NCBI RefSeq assembly: GCF_055900595.2
Contig: NZ_CM148325.1
Direction: 5' to 3' (one strand)
DNA: 64,000 nt
In this document: piece by piece, positions 42,754-53,495 of the stretch
How positions within the stretch are numbered: the first letter of the stretch is position 1
Layout: each line of letters starts with the position of its first letter
Notes under the pieces: model-generated
Told to the model about the DNA's origin: nothing
Seen by the model: the letters and a program-made list of their open reading frames with translations, nothing else
Databases searched by the model: none
Translations under genes and position numbers: made by a program

Positions 42754-44268
42754 TTAGGCATTACCCTGTTTTACTGACGGCAGTTTTGTGACCAGGCGCA
42801 GCGACCCCGTTAATCCCTCAAGCTGAAAATGCGGGCGCAGGAAGAATTTGGCATCGTAATAACCCGGATTACCTTCCACCTCTTCCACCACCACTTCGGC
42901 AGCTGCTAGTGGGCGACGAGCTTTGGTTTCCTGTGAGGAGTTCACCGGATCGGCATCGACGTAGTTCATGATCCACTCATTGAGCCAGCGCTGCATATCT
43001 TCGCGCTCTTTGAACGAGCCGATCTTGTCGCGCACGATGCATTTGAGGAAGTGTGCAAATCTTGAACAGGCGAACAAATAGGGCAACCGGGCGGAGAGAT
43101 TGGCGTTGGCCGTGGCGTCCGGATCGTAATAATCCTGCGGTTTTTGCAGCGACTGTGCGCCAATAAAGGCGGCATAATCAGAGTTTTTGCGGTGGATCAG
43201 CGGGATAAAACCGTTTTTGGCCAGTTCAGCTTCACGGCGATCAGAGATGGCAATTTCCGTCGGGCATTTCATGTCCACGCCGCCGTCATCGGTCGGGAAG
43301 GTATGACAGGGCAGATTTTCCACCGCGCCACCAGATTCCACACCACGGATCAACGTACACCAACCATAATGTTTGAAAGAACGGTTGATATTTACACCCA
43401 TCGCATAGGCGGCATTGCTCCAGACATATTTGCTGTGATCTGCGCCATCCGCATCTTCTTCAAAATCAAACTCATCGACAGGGTTTGTTTTCGCACCATA
43501 AGGCAAACGGGAGAGAAAACGTGGCATCGTCAGGCCAATGTAGCGAGAATCCTCACTTTTTCGCAGCGAGTTCCACGGTGCGTATTCGAGGTTTTGGGTC
43601 ACGATTTTGGTCAAATCACGCGGGTTAGCCAGTTCCTGCCAGGAGTCCATCTGCAACACTGACGGAGAGGCACCGGCAATAAACGGCGCATGGGCTGAGG
43701 CTGCTACTTTGGCAATGGAACCGAGCAGATCCACATCCGGTGGCGTGTGATCAAAATAATAATCCGCAATAATACAACCGTAAGGTTCTCCACCTAACTG
43801 TCCATATTCAGCTTCATACAGCTTTTTGAACATGGGGCTTTGATCCCAGGCTATCCCTTTGTAACGTTTCATATTTTTCCGCAATTCATCCTTCGAAAGG
43901 TTCATAAAGCGGATTTTTAATTTTTCATCGGTTTCAGTGTTGTAAACCAAATGTTCCATCCCACGCCAGGAGGACTCCAGTTTCTGAAATTCCGGATGAC
44001 TCAGGATGAGTTTGATCTGCTCGGTTAATTTGAAATCAATCTGCTCAATAATCGCAGCAATACTTTTATAAGCGTCGTCACTGACGGTGACGGTATTTGT
44101 CAGAGCCTGTTGGGCCAGCGTCTGAACTGCTGCCTCAACAGCCTTTGCTGCCTGAGGTGTCTTGGGACGGAAGGCTTTATCCAGGAGCGAATCAAATTCA
44201 GTGTCCTGATAGGCAGTGGTTTGCGCAGCAGAGAGATCGCCAGTCGCCAGAAGAGTATCGTTTACCAT
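42754..44268 (-). CDS. tssC: T6SS contractile sheath large subunit TssC (VipB)
   Basis: 504-aa ORF recognised as TssC. Confidence 0.95.
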   Translation of the reverse strand: MVNDTLLATGDLSAAQTTAYQDTEFDSLLDKAFRPKTPQAAKAVEAAVQTLAQQALTNTVTVSDDAYKSIAAIIEQIDFKLTEQIKLILSHPEFQKLESSWRGMEHLVYNTETDEKLKIRFMNLSKDELRKNMKRYKGIAWDQSPMFKKLYEAEYGQLGGEPYGCIIADYYFDHTPPDVDLLGSIAKVAASAHAPFIAGASPSVLQMDSWQELANPRDLTKIVTQNLEYAPWNSLRKSEDSRYIGLTMPRFLSRLPYGAKTNPVDEFDFEEDADGADHSKYVWSNAAYAMGVNINRSFKHYGWCTLIRGVESGGAVENLPCHTFPTDDGGVDMKCPTEIAISDRREAELAKNGFIPLIHRKNSDYAAFIGAQSLQKPQDYYDPDATANANLSARLPYLFACSRFAHFLKCIVRDKIGSFKEREDMQRWLNEWIMNYVDADPVNSSQETKARRPLAAAEVVVEEVEGNPGYYDAKFFLRPHFQLEGLTGSLRLVTKLPSVKQGNA

Positions 44269-44292
44269 GAAAGTTCCTTAATAAAATCGCAG

Positions 44293-44838
44293 TTAGTCTG
44301 CTGTTCCTGTTTCACCTGATAAGACACTTTCCTGTTGAGCGACAGGTTTTGGCGCACTGGCCAGAGCTTTCAGTAACGTAGGGTCTTGTAATAGTTTGTT
44401 GATAAGATTTTCTGCTCCCGCTTTACCATCCATATACGTTTGTAGGTTGGCAAGCTGAGTACGCGCTTCCAGCAGCTGGTTCAGGGCATCCACCTTACGG
44501 GCAATTTGCGCAGGCGAAAAATCGTCCATATTCTCCAGCGTGATATCGACCATTAACTGCCCTTCGCCCGTCAGCGTATTGGGGACAGCAAACGCCACGC
44601 GCGGCGCAATGGCTTTCATCCGCTCGTTGAAGTTATCGATATCAATATCAAGGAATTTACGATCGGTGACCGGTGGCAGCTCTTCGCGTGGTTTACCGGC
44701 CAGATCGGCCAGCACTGCCATGACAAACGGTAGTTCGATTTTTTTCTCGGAGCCATAAATCTCAACGTCATACTCAATCTGCACGCGGGGCGCGCGGTTG
44801 CGGGCAATAAACTTCTGCGCGCTGTTGTTGATAGCCAT
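44293..44838 (-). CDS. tssB: T6SS contractile sheath small subunit TssB (VipA)
   Basis: 181-aa ORF recognised as TssB. Confidence 0.9.
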   Translation of the reverse strand: MAINNSAQKFIARNRAPRVQIEYDVEIYGSEKKIELPFVMAVLADLAGKPREELPPVTDRKFLDIDIDNFNERMKAIAPRVAFAVPNTLTGEGQLMVDITLENMDDFSPAQIARKVDALNQLLEARTQLANLQTYMDGKAGAENLINKLLQDPTLLKALASAPKPVAQQESVLSGETGTAD

Positions 44839-44899
44839 AATCCTTCATTTCCTTATCAGTGAGCCGACGACCACCAGGGGAGCGGTTCGACGGTACAGT

Positions 44900-45190
44900 T
44901 TAAAAATCATACGCAGAGAGTATTTTTATAATCTCTTTGTTTTCTTTGTACTTTTCCCGCAGCACAGGGAGTGATTTCTTCGCTGGAGGACACCAGGTAT
45001 CAACCCCCTTTTCGATGTCTCTTTTATCCTTCTCTGGTAAAGAACTGTCCCATTCACCAGCAAGATGCTGGCACATTTCCGCATTACTCAGAAAATGCTG
45101 CACATCCTGTGGTAAAGACGGTTCCCCCTGAACACTGAAAGCGAACATCATTAACAGGAATGTCCACAACACCGGATAACGAAATGTCAT
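44900..45190 (-). CDS. Small predicted secreted protein of unknown function within the T6SS operon
   Basis: 96-aa ORF with signal peptide (MTFRYPVLWTFLLMMFAFSVQG) and paired cysteines; between clpV and tssB. Confidence 0.45.
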   Translation of the reverse strand: MTFRYPVLWTFLLMMFAFSVQGEPSLPQDVQHFLSNAEMCQHLAGEWDSSLPEKDKRDIEKGVDTWCPPAKKSLPVLREKYKENKEIIKILSAYDF

Positions 45191-45408
45191 ACTTAATGTC
45201 CATCAATTGACCAGTGCATGAGATATGCTCTGGCGGGAGGGCGATATGTTGCAGAGATACTGCCCCTTGCACGCGCATTACCAAGCGCGCGCAAAAAATT
45301 TTCTACCGATGCACGAAAAGTCCCCTGCAAATCATTAGTGGAAGAACTTACAGGAAAGCGACTGACCCACATTGCGCCACTTAATTCTTTTGCCATAAGG
45401 ATGCTCCA

Positions 45409-48042
45409 TTAATCCGTTTCAAAAATAATCTGTTCATCCTCATCAACACGAATGCGGATTTGCGTGATGGCCGTTTTCTCTGTCATCGCCTGCAACCAAT
45501 AACGGGACAGTTGTGGGAGGATATGTTGTTCGATATAGCCGATGAGCAAACGAGCGCCGGTTTCGTGCATCGGGCAGCGCGACACAATATGCGTAATCAG
45601 TTCATCGCCATACACCAGTGAAACGCCATGCTGCTCCGCCATCCGAGCCATCAATCTGCCAAGATGCAGGCGGGCAATAACACCACGCGCGGTCTCATCC
45701 AGCGGTAAATAAGGAATAACCGTCACACGCCCCAGGAAAGCCGCCGGGAAGTGTTTACGTAACTCCGGCATTAACGCCTCTTTTAGTCCTGCCGAATCAG
45801 GCATCAGCGCCGGATCCTCACAGAGCTGGCTGATAAGTTCCGCCCCCGCGTTAGTAGTCAACAACAGCGTGGTATTTTTGAAATCGATGTGGACACCTTC
45901 GCCGTCCTCCATCGCGCCTTTATCGAATACCTGGTAGAACAACTCGTGGACGTCGTGATGGGCTTTTTCAATTTCATCCAACAGCACTACACTCCAGGGG
46001 TGACGGCGTACGGCTTCCGTCAACACACCGCCTTCGCCATAGCCGACGTAGCCGGGCGGCGCGCCTTTCAGCGTGGAGACGGTGTGAGACTCCTGAAACT
46101 CGCTCATGTTGATGGTGATCAGGTTCTGCTCACCGCCGTAAATAGATTCCGCCAGCGCCAGCGCGGTCTCGGTCTTGCCGACACCGGACGGCCCGGCCAG
46201 CAGAAAGACGCCCATCGGTTTACGCGGGTCGCCTAACCCCGCCCGCGCGGTCTGAATACGCTCGCCAATCTGCGCCAGCGCATCCATCTGCCCGGTAACA
46301 CGCTGCGCCAAACGGGTGGGCAATTCCAGTATCTGACTGGCTTCATCTTTCACCATCCGTCCGGCGGGAATACCGGTCCAGTCAGAGACAATCTCTGCCA
46401 CCACGGTTGCACTGACTTCCGGGTACACGACGGGGTTTTCACCCTGCCAGCCTCTTAATGCCGTTTCTGCCTGTTGTAGAGTGATTTCGTCGCGCTCGCC
46501 AGGCGCTGCGCCGCGTTGCTCCTGTAAACTGCGAACCAACTCCAGTTCCTGCTGCCACCGCGCTTCGGTGTCAGAAAGATCGGCATTAAGCGATATAATC
46601 CGCGCCGTCAGTACATCGCCCCGCTCCGAGCGGATACCCATTTTTTCCTGCTTTAATAACAACTCCTGCTCCAGTTCGGCAGCGTTGAGCTGCTGGCGCA
46701 GATACTGGACTCTCGCAGGCGGGGTATGCAGCGACAGCGCTACACGGGCCGCCGCCGTATCCAGCAGGCTGATGGCCTTATCCGGTAGTTGCCGGGCCGG
46801 AATGTAACGGTGAGAAAGCTGTACGGCGGCACGCACGGCCTCATCAAGGATCAGCACGTCATGGTGTTTTTCAAGCGTGGTGACTAACCCGCGTACCATC
46901 TCAACAGCCGCAACCTCTTCCGGCTCAGCAACCTGCAATACCTGAAAACGCCGGGTCAGCGCCGGATCCTTTTCGATATGGCGTTTGTACTCGCTCCAGG
47001 TGGTTGCGCCGATGGTGCGCAGGGTGCCACGCGCCAGCGCCGGTTTCAGCAGGTTGGCAGCATCCCCCGTACCGGATGTACCACCAGCGCCCACCAGCGT
47101 GTGAACTTCATCAACAAAAAGGATCACCGGCTGCGGCGAGCGCGCGGCCTCTTCCAGCAACGCTTTCAGGCGGGATTCAAATTCACCCTTCATGGAGGCC
47201 CCAGCCAGCAGCGCTCCAACATCCAGTGACAGCAATCGCACGTTACGCAGTGACGGCGGTACTTCCCCCCCGGCAATCGCCAGCGCGAATCCTTCCACCA
47301 CTGCCGTTTTCCCGACCCCCGCTTCGCCGGTCAGTAGCGGGTTGTTCTGGCGACGGCGCAGCAGAATATCCGTCATAGTACGGATCTCGTGTTCGCGACC
47401 GGTGACCGGATCGATATTGCCTTCACGGGCCAGCGCAGTCATGTCCTGGCAGTATTTCGCCAGCGCGGATTTGCTTCCGGTTGATTCGCCGGCAAAGACC
47501 TGGCTAGCTTCCCCCGGTACTGCAGAATTTAAATCCGAGCCGTCATAAGGCATTTCTGTTAATTCAGGAGATGAAGTGATTAAAGACGGAAGAATATCTA
47601 ATAGTTCATCTACCGGTAGCTCTGCCAATGGCGCACAAATATTTTTTAACACCCGACACAATTCTGGCGTGGTTAACCAGGCAAGTAATAACCATCCACT
47701 ACGAATTTTTTGATCGCCAAAGCGGATACTTGCTAACATCCAGGCTTTTTCAACTGAAAGATCGATATGATGGGAAAAATCGTTAATTACACTCGCTCCG
47801 GCAGGCAATATATTCAATTGCTGAATTAACGCCTTCTCAACATCAGCAGATGTTATTTGATAATGTCGAAGCACATTGTGAATGTCATTCTCTGGTTGTT
47901 GTATTAACTGATGCAACCAATGCGTCAGTTCGACATAAGGGTTAGCGCGTAATTTACAGAACGTCGTCGCAGATTCCAAAGATCTAAACAAAGATTTGGT
48001 TAGCTTTCCATACAGTGCACTGCGCGAAACAGGAGTGTCCAT
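45409..48042 (-). CDS. clpV: T6SS AAA+ ATPase ClpV (TssH)
   Basis: 877-aa ORF with two AAA+ modules (Walker A GEAGVGKTA and GPSGVGKTE). Confidence 0.95.
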   Translation of the reverse strand: MDTPVSRSALYGKLTKSLFRSLESATTFCKLRANPYVELTHWLHQLIQQPENDIHNVLRHYQITSADVEKALIQQLNILPAGASVINDFSHHIDLSVEKAWMLASIRFGDQKIRSGWLLLAWLTTPELCRVLKNICAPLAELPVDELLDILPSLITSSPELTEMPYDGSDLNSAVPGEASQVFAGESTGSKSALAKYCQDMTALAREGNIDPVTGREHEIRTMTDILLRRRQNNPLLTGEAGVGKTAVVEGFALAIAGGEVPPSLRNVRLLSLDVGALLAGASMKGEFESRLKALLEEAARSPQPVILFVDEVHTLVGAGGTSGTGDAANLLKPALARGTLRTIGATTWSEYKRHIEKDPALTRRFQVLQVAEPEEVAAVEMVRGLVTTLEKHHDVLILDEAVRAAVQLSHRYIPARQLPDKAISLLDTAAARVALSLHTPPARVQYLRQQLNAAELEQELLLKQEKMGIRSERGDVLTARIISLNADLSDTEARWQQELELVRSLQEQRGAAPGERDEITLQQAETALRGWQGENPVVYPEVSATVVAEIVSDWTGIPAGRMVKDEASQILELPTRLAQRVTGQMDALAQIGERIQTARAGLGDPRKPMGVFLLAGPSGVGKTETALALAESIYGGEQNLITINMSEFQESHTVSTLKGAPPGYVGYGEGGVLTEAVRRHPWSVVLLDEIEKAHHDVHELFYQVFDKGAMEDGEGVHIDFKNTTLLLTTNAGAELISQLCEDPALMPDSAGLKEALMPELRKHFPAAFLGRVTVIPYLPLDETARGVIARLHLGRLMARMAEQHGVSLVYGDELITHIVSRCPMHETGARLLIGYIEQHILPQLSRYWLQAMTEKTAITQIRIRVDEDEQIIFETD

Positions 48043-48374
48043 CTGTTACACCTAATGATGTAATAACATATAAATGATACATAAAAATAACTGTATCGAT
48101 TAAAACTTCTAATTAATAGAATTATCAAAAAGGCAGAATAAAACAATGATGCATATCACAGAACACAATGTAATATAGCAGGTAGTATCTTTTTCATGGT
48201 GATATTCAATAGAGCAAGCCAATTTCATACGCACCGTGAATATATTAAATTGTAAATCGCCACTATATATTTCCGTGAAAACTTATATTGATAAAGTAAA
48301 TTGATCAGCTTTGCTTATCTAAAAATTTAGAAAACTTATTCTTTTGAAAGAAACACTCTACACAGTGATACGCA
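48043..48374. promoter_or_regulatory. AT-rich divergent promoter region between the clpV-led and tagH-led T6SS operons
   Basis: ~330-bp strongly AT-rich non-coding stretch between divergently oriented operons; one GATC site near 48300. Confidence 0.5.
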
Positions 48375-49286
48375 ATGAAACCAAATATTACGTGGGAACT
48401 CCAAAAAATACAGGCGCATGGGATCGCCGATAACACAATTTACGCGACTGAAGGAACACAAATTATCTTCACCGTTACCTCTCCCTGGATTCCTGTTTTT
48501 GATGTGAATGATGATGTAAAGATTGCGCTCAGACTGACCCGCCACGAAGAAGCATGGTGGATTATCAATCAGTCTACCGAATATTGCTGTACGGTAAACG
48601 ACCAGATTGTGGAACCTCATCACCGTATGCGTCTGAATGAAGGCGACCTGATAGAATGGGGATTATCTTCATGGTGCCTTGTGCATGGCAATCCATCATC
48701 TCCGAACCTAAGCGCAGTAAAGACATCGCAGACTGCCACCACGTCGGAAACAATAACCGAATATCTGGATCTGGATTGGTTCAGGCAGCAGCATCTGACA
48801 TCACAAAATCCATTCGATATCATTCCTGTTCATGGAGCCTCCTCCACCGGAGAAGATGCGGAAAAAGAAAATGCCCTGACCCGACTTTATCAGGAATACC
48901 GCGAAGCGTTGTTATCTCCCGAACAAGATCTTCATCGCCATGCTGATCCTTTTCCCTTTAACGAAGAACCCTCCTCGCAGGATCTGGATTCATTGCGTGA
49001 CCTGGTCACCGAAGCCGAGACATTGCAGGATATGGTCACTGGCGGGTTAAGCATTGACGCTATTCTCAATGTACTGGATGCCACCGGCGAAGATGAAACT
49101 ATCTGGCCTGTCGAAAACACTCCCCCTGACATCCTGCATTTACTTTCCCCGGAATACGCCCCGGAAACAGCGCATAACACCGTTCTGCCCGACCTGACAC
49201 GCAAAGAGCATCGCATCATTGGCATTGACAGCCATTACCGGATAAACCCGGCACAACACGGAGATACCTCTCATGATAAACAATAA
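48375..49286 (+). CDS. tagH: T6SS FHA-domain protein (TagH-like)
   Basis: 303-aa ORF with FHA-like N-terminal segment. Confidence 0.65.
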   Translation: MKPNITWELQKIQAHGIADNTIYATEGTQIIFTVTSPWIPVFDVNDDVKIALRLTRHEEAWWIINQSTEYCCTVNDQIVEPHHRMRLNEGDLIEWGLSSWCLVHGNPSSPNLSAVKTSQTATTSETITEYLDLDWFRQQHLTSQNPFDIIPVHGASSTGEDAEKENALTRLYQEYREALLSPEQDLHRHADPFPFNEEPSSQDLDSLRDLVTEAETLQDMVTGGLSIDAILNVLDATGEDETIWPVENTPPDILHLLSPEYAPETAHNTVLPDLTRKEHRIIGIDSHYRINPAQHGDTSHDKQ

Positions 49287-50103
49287 CGAGCTACCGGCTA
49301 CCCTGTCGGCGCTGCTGCGGGATTATTCCGTGGCGGAAGGCATTCAGATGGCCGAGCAGCAGGTCAGGATGCTCCCAGCGCAGACCTTCCGCCGCCACAG
49401 TCTATTTCAGTTATTGTGCGTGGCAGGCGACTGGTCGCGGGCACTGCAACAGATCCAGCTATGCGCCCGGATGGACGCAAATTATACCCGCGAAGCGCAG
49501 GTATTTGGCGAGCTGATCCGCTGTGAGATATACCGCCACGCCTGCTTTCAGGGAGAACAACGGCCCGATTTTATTCTTCCGCCGCCCGCCTGGATGGAGG
49601 ATCTGCTGACCGCCCTCGCCTGTAACGCCCGTGGTGAAGCGCAGGAAGCTGACGCCCACCGCAGCCGCGCACTTGAGGCCATAACAGATACTGCAGGGCA
49701 GTGGAATGGCGGCGCATTTGACTGGATTAGCGACAGCGACTCCCGTATCGGTCCGGTACTCGAACTGATCGCGGGCGGGGTATATATCTGGCTGCCGTTT
49801 TCACAAATCTGTTCGCTGAAATCGCCGCGGCCTGCGCATCTGACCGATTTGCTCTGGAAACCCGTCAACGTCACCCTGCACAACGGTGACACGCACAGCG
49901 CCTGGCTGTTTCCCCGCTACAGCGGCTCTGAAAAGGCCGCCGATACCCTGCGTCTGTGCCGGGAAACGGTCTGGCAGGACGGGCCGGGAGAGACGCTGGT
50001 ACAGGCGCAGGGTCAGAGGGTGTGGCTCACCAGCCAGGGCGATATCAGCCTGCTGGATTTGTCCACCTGTACCTTTAATACCTCCGAAGGAAGCGACGCG
50101 TGA
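49273..50103 (+). CDS. tagJ: T6SS accessory protein TagJ (ImpE/SciE family)
   Basis: 276-aa ORF resembling ImpE-family proteins; position between fha and tssE. Confidence 0.65.
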   Translation: MINNNELPATLSALLRDYSVAEGIQMAEQQVRMLPAQTFRRHSLFQLLCVAGDWSRALQQIQLCARMDANYTREAQVFGELIRCEIYRHACFQGEQRPDFILPPPAWMEDLLTALACNARGEAQEADAHRSRALEAITDTAGQWNGGAFDWISDSDSRIGPVLELIAGGVYIWLPFSQICSLKSPRPAHLTDLLWKPVNVTLHNGDTHSAWLFPRYSGSEKAADTLRLCRETVWQDGPGETLVQAQGQRVWLTSQGDISLLDLSTCTFNTSEGSDA

Positions 50104-50594
50104 GCACCTCCCGCCAGCGTCCGGGCAGCCACCTGCTGCCCACACTGTTTGACCGCCTGTGCGATGACGCCCCAGACCAGAAGCGCGACCACGATATCAG
50201 CGTCAGCCCGGTTCAGCTTAAGGAGATCATCCGCCGGGATTTGTCGTTTCTGCTCAACACCGTCAGCCATGAAGATGATATTGATGCCGCACGTTACCCA
50301 CACGCGGCGGCATCCGTACTGAACTATGGCCTGCCGCCACTGGCGGGCAGCTTTCTGTACGAACACAAATGGGACGATATTCGCAGGGCCATTTTGCGTA
50401 CCATCATCCGGTTTGAACCCCGGCTGCAAGCGTCCACCCTGCAAATCATCCCACTTCAGGATGAGCGCCACCAGAGCGGCCATAACACATTACAGTTTGA
50501 AATTCGCGGCGAGATCCTCACGCAGCCCTACCCGATGGCATTCCGGGTACGCAGCGCGCTGGATATGGAACAGAGCCGCATTACGTTTTTTTAA
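50100..50594 (+). CDS. tssE: T6SS baseplate protein TssE (gp25-like)
   Basis: 164-aa ORF recognised as TssE. Confidence 0.85.
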   Translation: MSTSRQRPGSHLLPTLFDRLCDDAPDQKRDHDISVSPVQLKEIIRRDLSFLLNTVSHEDDIDAARYPHAAASVLNYGLPPLAGSFLYEHKWDDIRRAILRTIIRFEPRLQASTLQIIPLQDERHQSGHNTLQFEIRGEILTQPYPMAFRVRSALDMEQSRITFF

Positions 50595-50609
50595 TTCAGA
50601 GAGAAACCG

Positions 50610-52493
50610 ATGGATCCACGGCTACTGGAATACTACAACCGCGAACTGAGCTATCTGCGGGAAACGGGAGCCGAATTTGCCGCCCGTCATCCTAAAGTCG
50701 CCGCCAGACTGGGTATGCAGGGAACGGATATTGCCGATCCGTATGTGGAGCGTATGGTCGAAGCCTTTAGCTTCCTGACCGCCCGCACGCAGCTAAAAAT
50801 TGACGCTGAATTCCCCCGTTTCACCCAGCGCCTGCTGGAAGTAGTCAGCCCCAATTACGTCACCCCCACGCCCTCAATGAGCGTGGCGCAGCTCCATCCC
50901 GACCCGGAAGAAGGCGATCTGGCGAAGGGATTTACCGTCCCGCGCGACACGGCCTTTTTTTCCGCCATTCCGGAAGGCGAAAGTACCGCCTGTCAGTTTC
51001 GCAGCAGCCAGGATGTAACGCTGTGGCCGCTCGCCATCGAAGAGGTGCGACTGACCGCCGCACCGCCGGATATGCCTGCCCTGCACCGCTCTCTGCCAGC
51101 CAACATTCACGTCGCTGGTGCGCTGCGTATTACCCTGCGCACCTTTGGTGAACTGACATTCAGTCAGCTTGCAGGGCTGGACAGGCTTCCGTTTTATCTC
51201 TGTGGCGAGGAGCGCACGGCCTCACACCTGTTCGAACTGCTACATACCAGCGCCATCGCGACCCTGGCTGGCATTCCGGGGCATTTTGACGGTGCGCTGG
51301 ATGTGAATCTGCAACATCCCGTTATGTACGAAGGCCTGGAGCTGGATCAGGGGCTGCTGCCGCTGGCGTGGAACGTGTTTCACGGTCATAACCTGCTGCA
51401 TGAATATTTTGCCTGTCCAGAACGCTTTTATTTTTTCACCCCGACAGGCCTGTCTGCCGGGTTACAGAAAATTGACGGTGGCGTGGCGGAGATTGTTATC
51501 CTGCTGAACCGCCTGCCGCCGGACTGGCTGATCCACCAGACAAACGCGGCACAGTTCAGCCTGTTCTGTACCCCGATTATCAACCTGTTTCCCCGCGTCA
51601 CCGCACGGATCGATGTCACGCACAGCACGACGGAACAGCATCTGGTGGTAGACAGAACCCATCCACTGGATTATGAGGTGTTCTCGGTCCAGGAAGTGGA
51701 AGGGCTGGAAACCGACACCACACGGAAGATGGCCTTTCGCCCGCTCTACCACACCCGCAATAATGATGAAGGCAATCACGGACGTTATTTTTCCCTGCGC
51801 CGGGAGCCCCGCCGCTTATCAGAAAACGCCCGCCGTTACGGCACCCGTACCCCCTATACGGGCTCGGAAGTGTTCCTGTCGCTGGTTGACCAATATGAAG
51901 CGCCGTACCCAGAAAATCTGCGCCACATCACCATCACGGCCATGGTCACTAACCGCGATCTGCCCTGTCTTATTGCACGTAATGGCCGGGACGATCTAAC
52001 CGTGGATGCGGCAATCCCAGTGGCGGGCGTAGGGCTTATCCGCCCGCCGCGCTCGCCGCAGCCCCCGCTGGCTGAACGTGAGATGGCCTGGCGTTTGATC
52101 CGCCAGTTATCCTTTAATTATCTGCCGCTGGCCGATCTGGATCACCGTACCGGCGGCCAGGCGCTGCGCGATCTGCTTAACCTGTTTATTCCGGCGCATG
52201 ACAGCCCACAGTCGCGCCAGGTACGCAGTCTGATTGGCTGCAACACCACCCCGGTCACCCGCCGTCTGCCCGGTACCGGGCTGCTGGTCTATGGACGCGG
52301 CGTCAGTTGTGAACTGACGGTGGATGAGGAAGGGTTCTCCGGTATCAGTCCGTATCTGTTCGGCCTGGTGCTGGAGCACTATATCGCCCGTCATGTTTCC
52401 ATTAATACCTTCTCGCAGATGACGCTGCACAGCATGCAGCGCGGCAAAATTATGACCTGGCCTGTCAGGGCGGGACAGCGGGGAAGCGTATGA
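50610..52493 (+). CDS. tssF: T6SS baseplate protein TssF
   Basis: 627-aa ORF recognised as TssF. Confidence 0.9.
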   Translation: MDPRLLEYYNRELSYLRETGAEFAARHPKVAARLGMQGTDIADPYVERMVEAFSFLTARTQLKIDAEFPRFTQRLLEVVSPNYVTPTPSMSVAQLHPDPEEGDLAKGFTVPRDTAFFSAIPEGESTACQFRSSQDVTLWPLAIEEVRLTAAPPDMPALHRSLPANIHVAGALRITLRTFGELTFSQLAGLDRLPFYLCGEERTASHLFELLHTSAIATLAGIPGHFDGALDVNLQHPVMYEGLELDQGLLPLAWNVFHGHNLLHEYFACPERFYFFTPTGLSAGLQKIDGGVAEIVILLNRLPPDWLIHQTNAAQFSLFCTPIINLFPRVTARIDVTHSTTEQHLVVDRTHPLDYEVFSVQEVEGLETDTTRKMAFRPLYHTRNNDEGNHGRYFSLRREPRRLSENARRYGTRTPYTGSEVFLSLVDQYEAPYPENLRHITITAMVTNRDLPCLIARNGRDDLTVDAAIPVAGVGLIRPPRSPQPPLAEREMAWRLIRQLSFNYLPLADLDHRTGGQALRDLLNLFIPAHDSPQSRQVRSLIGCNTTPVTRRLPGTGLLVYGRGVSCELTVDEEGFSGISPYLFGLVLEHYIARHVSINTFSQMTLHSMQRGKIMTWPVRAGQRGSV

Positions 52494-53485
52494 GCGACGA
52501 TTTCACTCAGGCGCAGGAAACCCCATGGCGTTACGGTTTTCTGAACCTGATGCGCCGCGTGGATGTGCAGTTGTGTACCGTTCTGGCGGGCAACACCTGG
52601 CAACCACGGATGGAAAAATTTCGCCTCGGACAAACGCCCACGCTGACCTTTGCGCCACGGGAAATCGCCAGTGTGAGCTGGCAGGAAGGACGCCTGCACA
52701 TCAGCCTGTACAGTCTCGGGCTGTGGGGGCCGAACGGCCCGCTGCCGCTGCACTACACCGAACTGGCGCGTAACCGGACCGAAAGCCGCCGCGATCCGAC
52801 GCTGACCCGTTTTTCCGATCTTTTTCATCACCGCTGGCTGACGCAGTTTTACCAGGCCTGGCGCAGCGCCCAGTCCGCCGGAGGCGGTCTGGATAAACCG
52901 CAACATGACCGCTTTGCCTTTTATGTCGCCAGCCTCAGCGGGCAGGATTTGCGGGAGAGCGCCGACAGCCCGCTGCCGGATCACGTTCGCCTGGCAGCAT
53001 CGGCGCATCTGGTGCGTGAGTCCCGCAACCCCGACGGGCTGGCCGCCACGCTGGCTCACTATTTCGGCGTGCCTTTCCGGATACAAGAGTATGTCCTGCA
53101 CTGGATAGCCGTGGCGGACGATGAGATCACCCGGCTGGGGATGCCTGCTTCCTCTTCCGTTATTGGCAATGGCGCACTCATCGGCCAGGCGGTGCCGGAT
53201 ATGCAGTATAAATTCCGGCTGGTGATTGGCCCGCTGACGCTGGCCGATTATCAGCGTTTTCTGCCTGGCGGCAATAACCTGCCAGTCCTGACGGAACTGG
53301 TTCGCGCTTTCACCGGTTTTGAATACTGCTGGGAAATTGAGCTACAGCTTAAACCACATGCTGCCCCTCCGGCTGTTACCGGTGGCCCATACCAGCTTGG
53401 CTGGACCGCCTGGGCCGGTAAAGCCATGCACGACAACCCGGTGACGGGCATGATTTTCGAACCTGAACACTATCTGGCGCACTGA
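52490..53485 (+). CDS. tssG: T6SS baseplate protein TssG
   Basis: 331-aa ORF, translationally coupled to tssF. Confidence 0.9.
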   Translation: MSDDFTQAQETPWRYGFLNLMRRVDVQLCTVLAGNTWQPRMEKFRLGQTPTLTFAPREIASVSWQEGRLHISLYSLGLWGPNGPLPLHYTELARNRTESRRDPTLTRFSDLFHHRWLTQFYQAWRSAQSAGGGLDKPQHDRFAFYVASLSGQDLRESADSPLPDHVRLAASAHLVRESRNPDGLAATLAHYFGVPFRIQEYVLHWIAVADDEITRLGMPASSSVIGNGALIGQAVPDMQYKFRLVIGPLTLADYQRFLPGGNNLPVLTELVRAFTGFEYCWEIELQLKPHAAPPAVTGGPYQLGWTAWAGKAMHDNPVTGMIFEPEHYLAH

Positions 53486-53495
53486 GGATAATTTT

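Noticed and set aside
45193-45396. 67-aa minus-strand ORF between clpV and the small secreted protein gene
   Set aside because: No start context, no recognisable features; likely non-coding intergenic sequence
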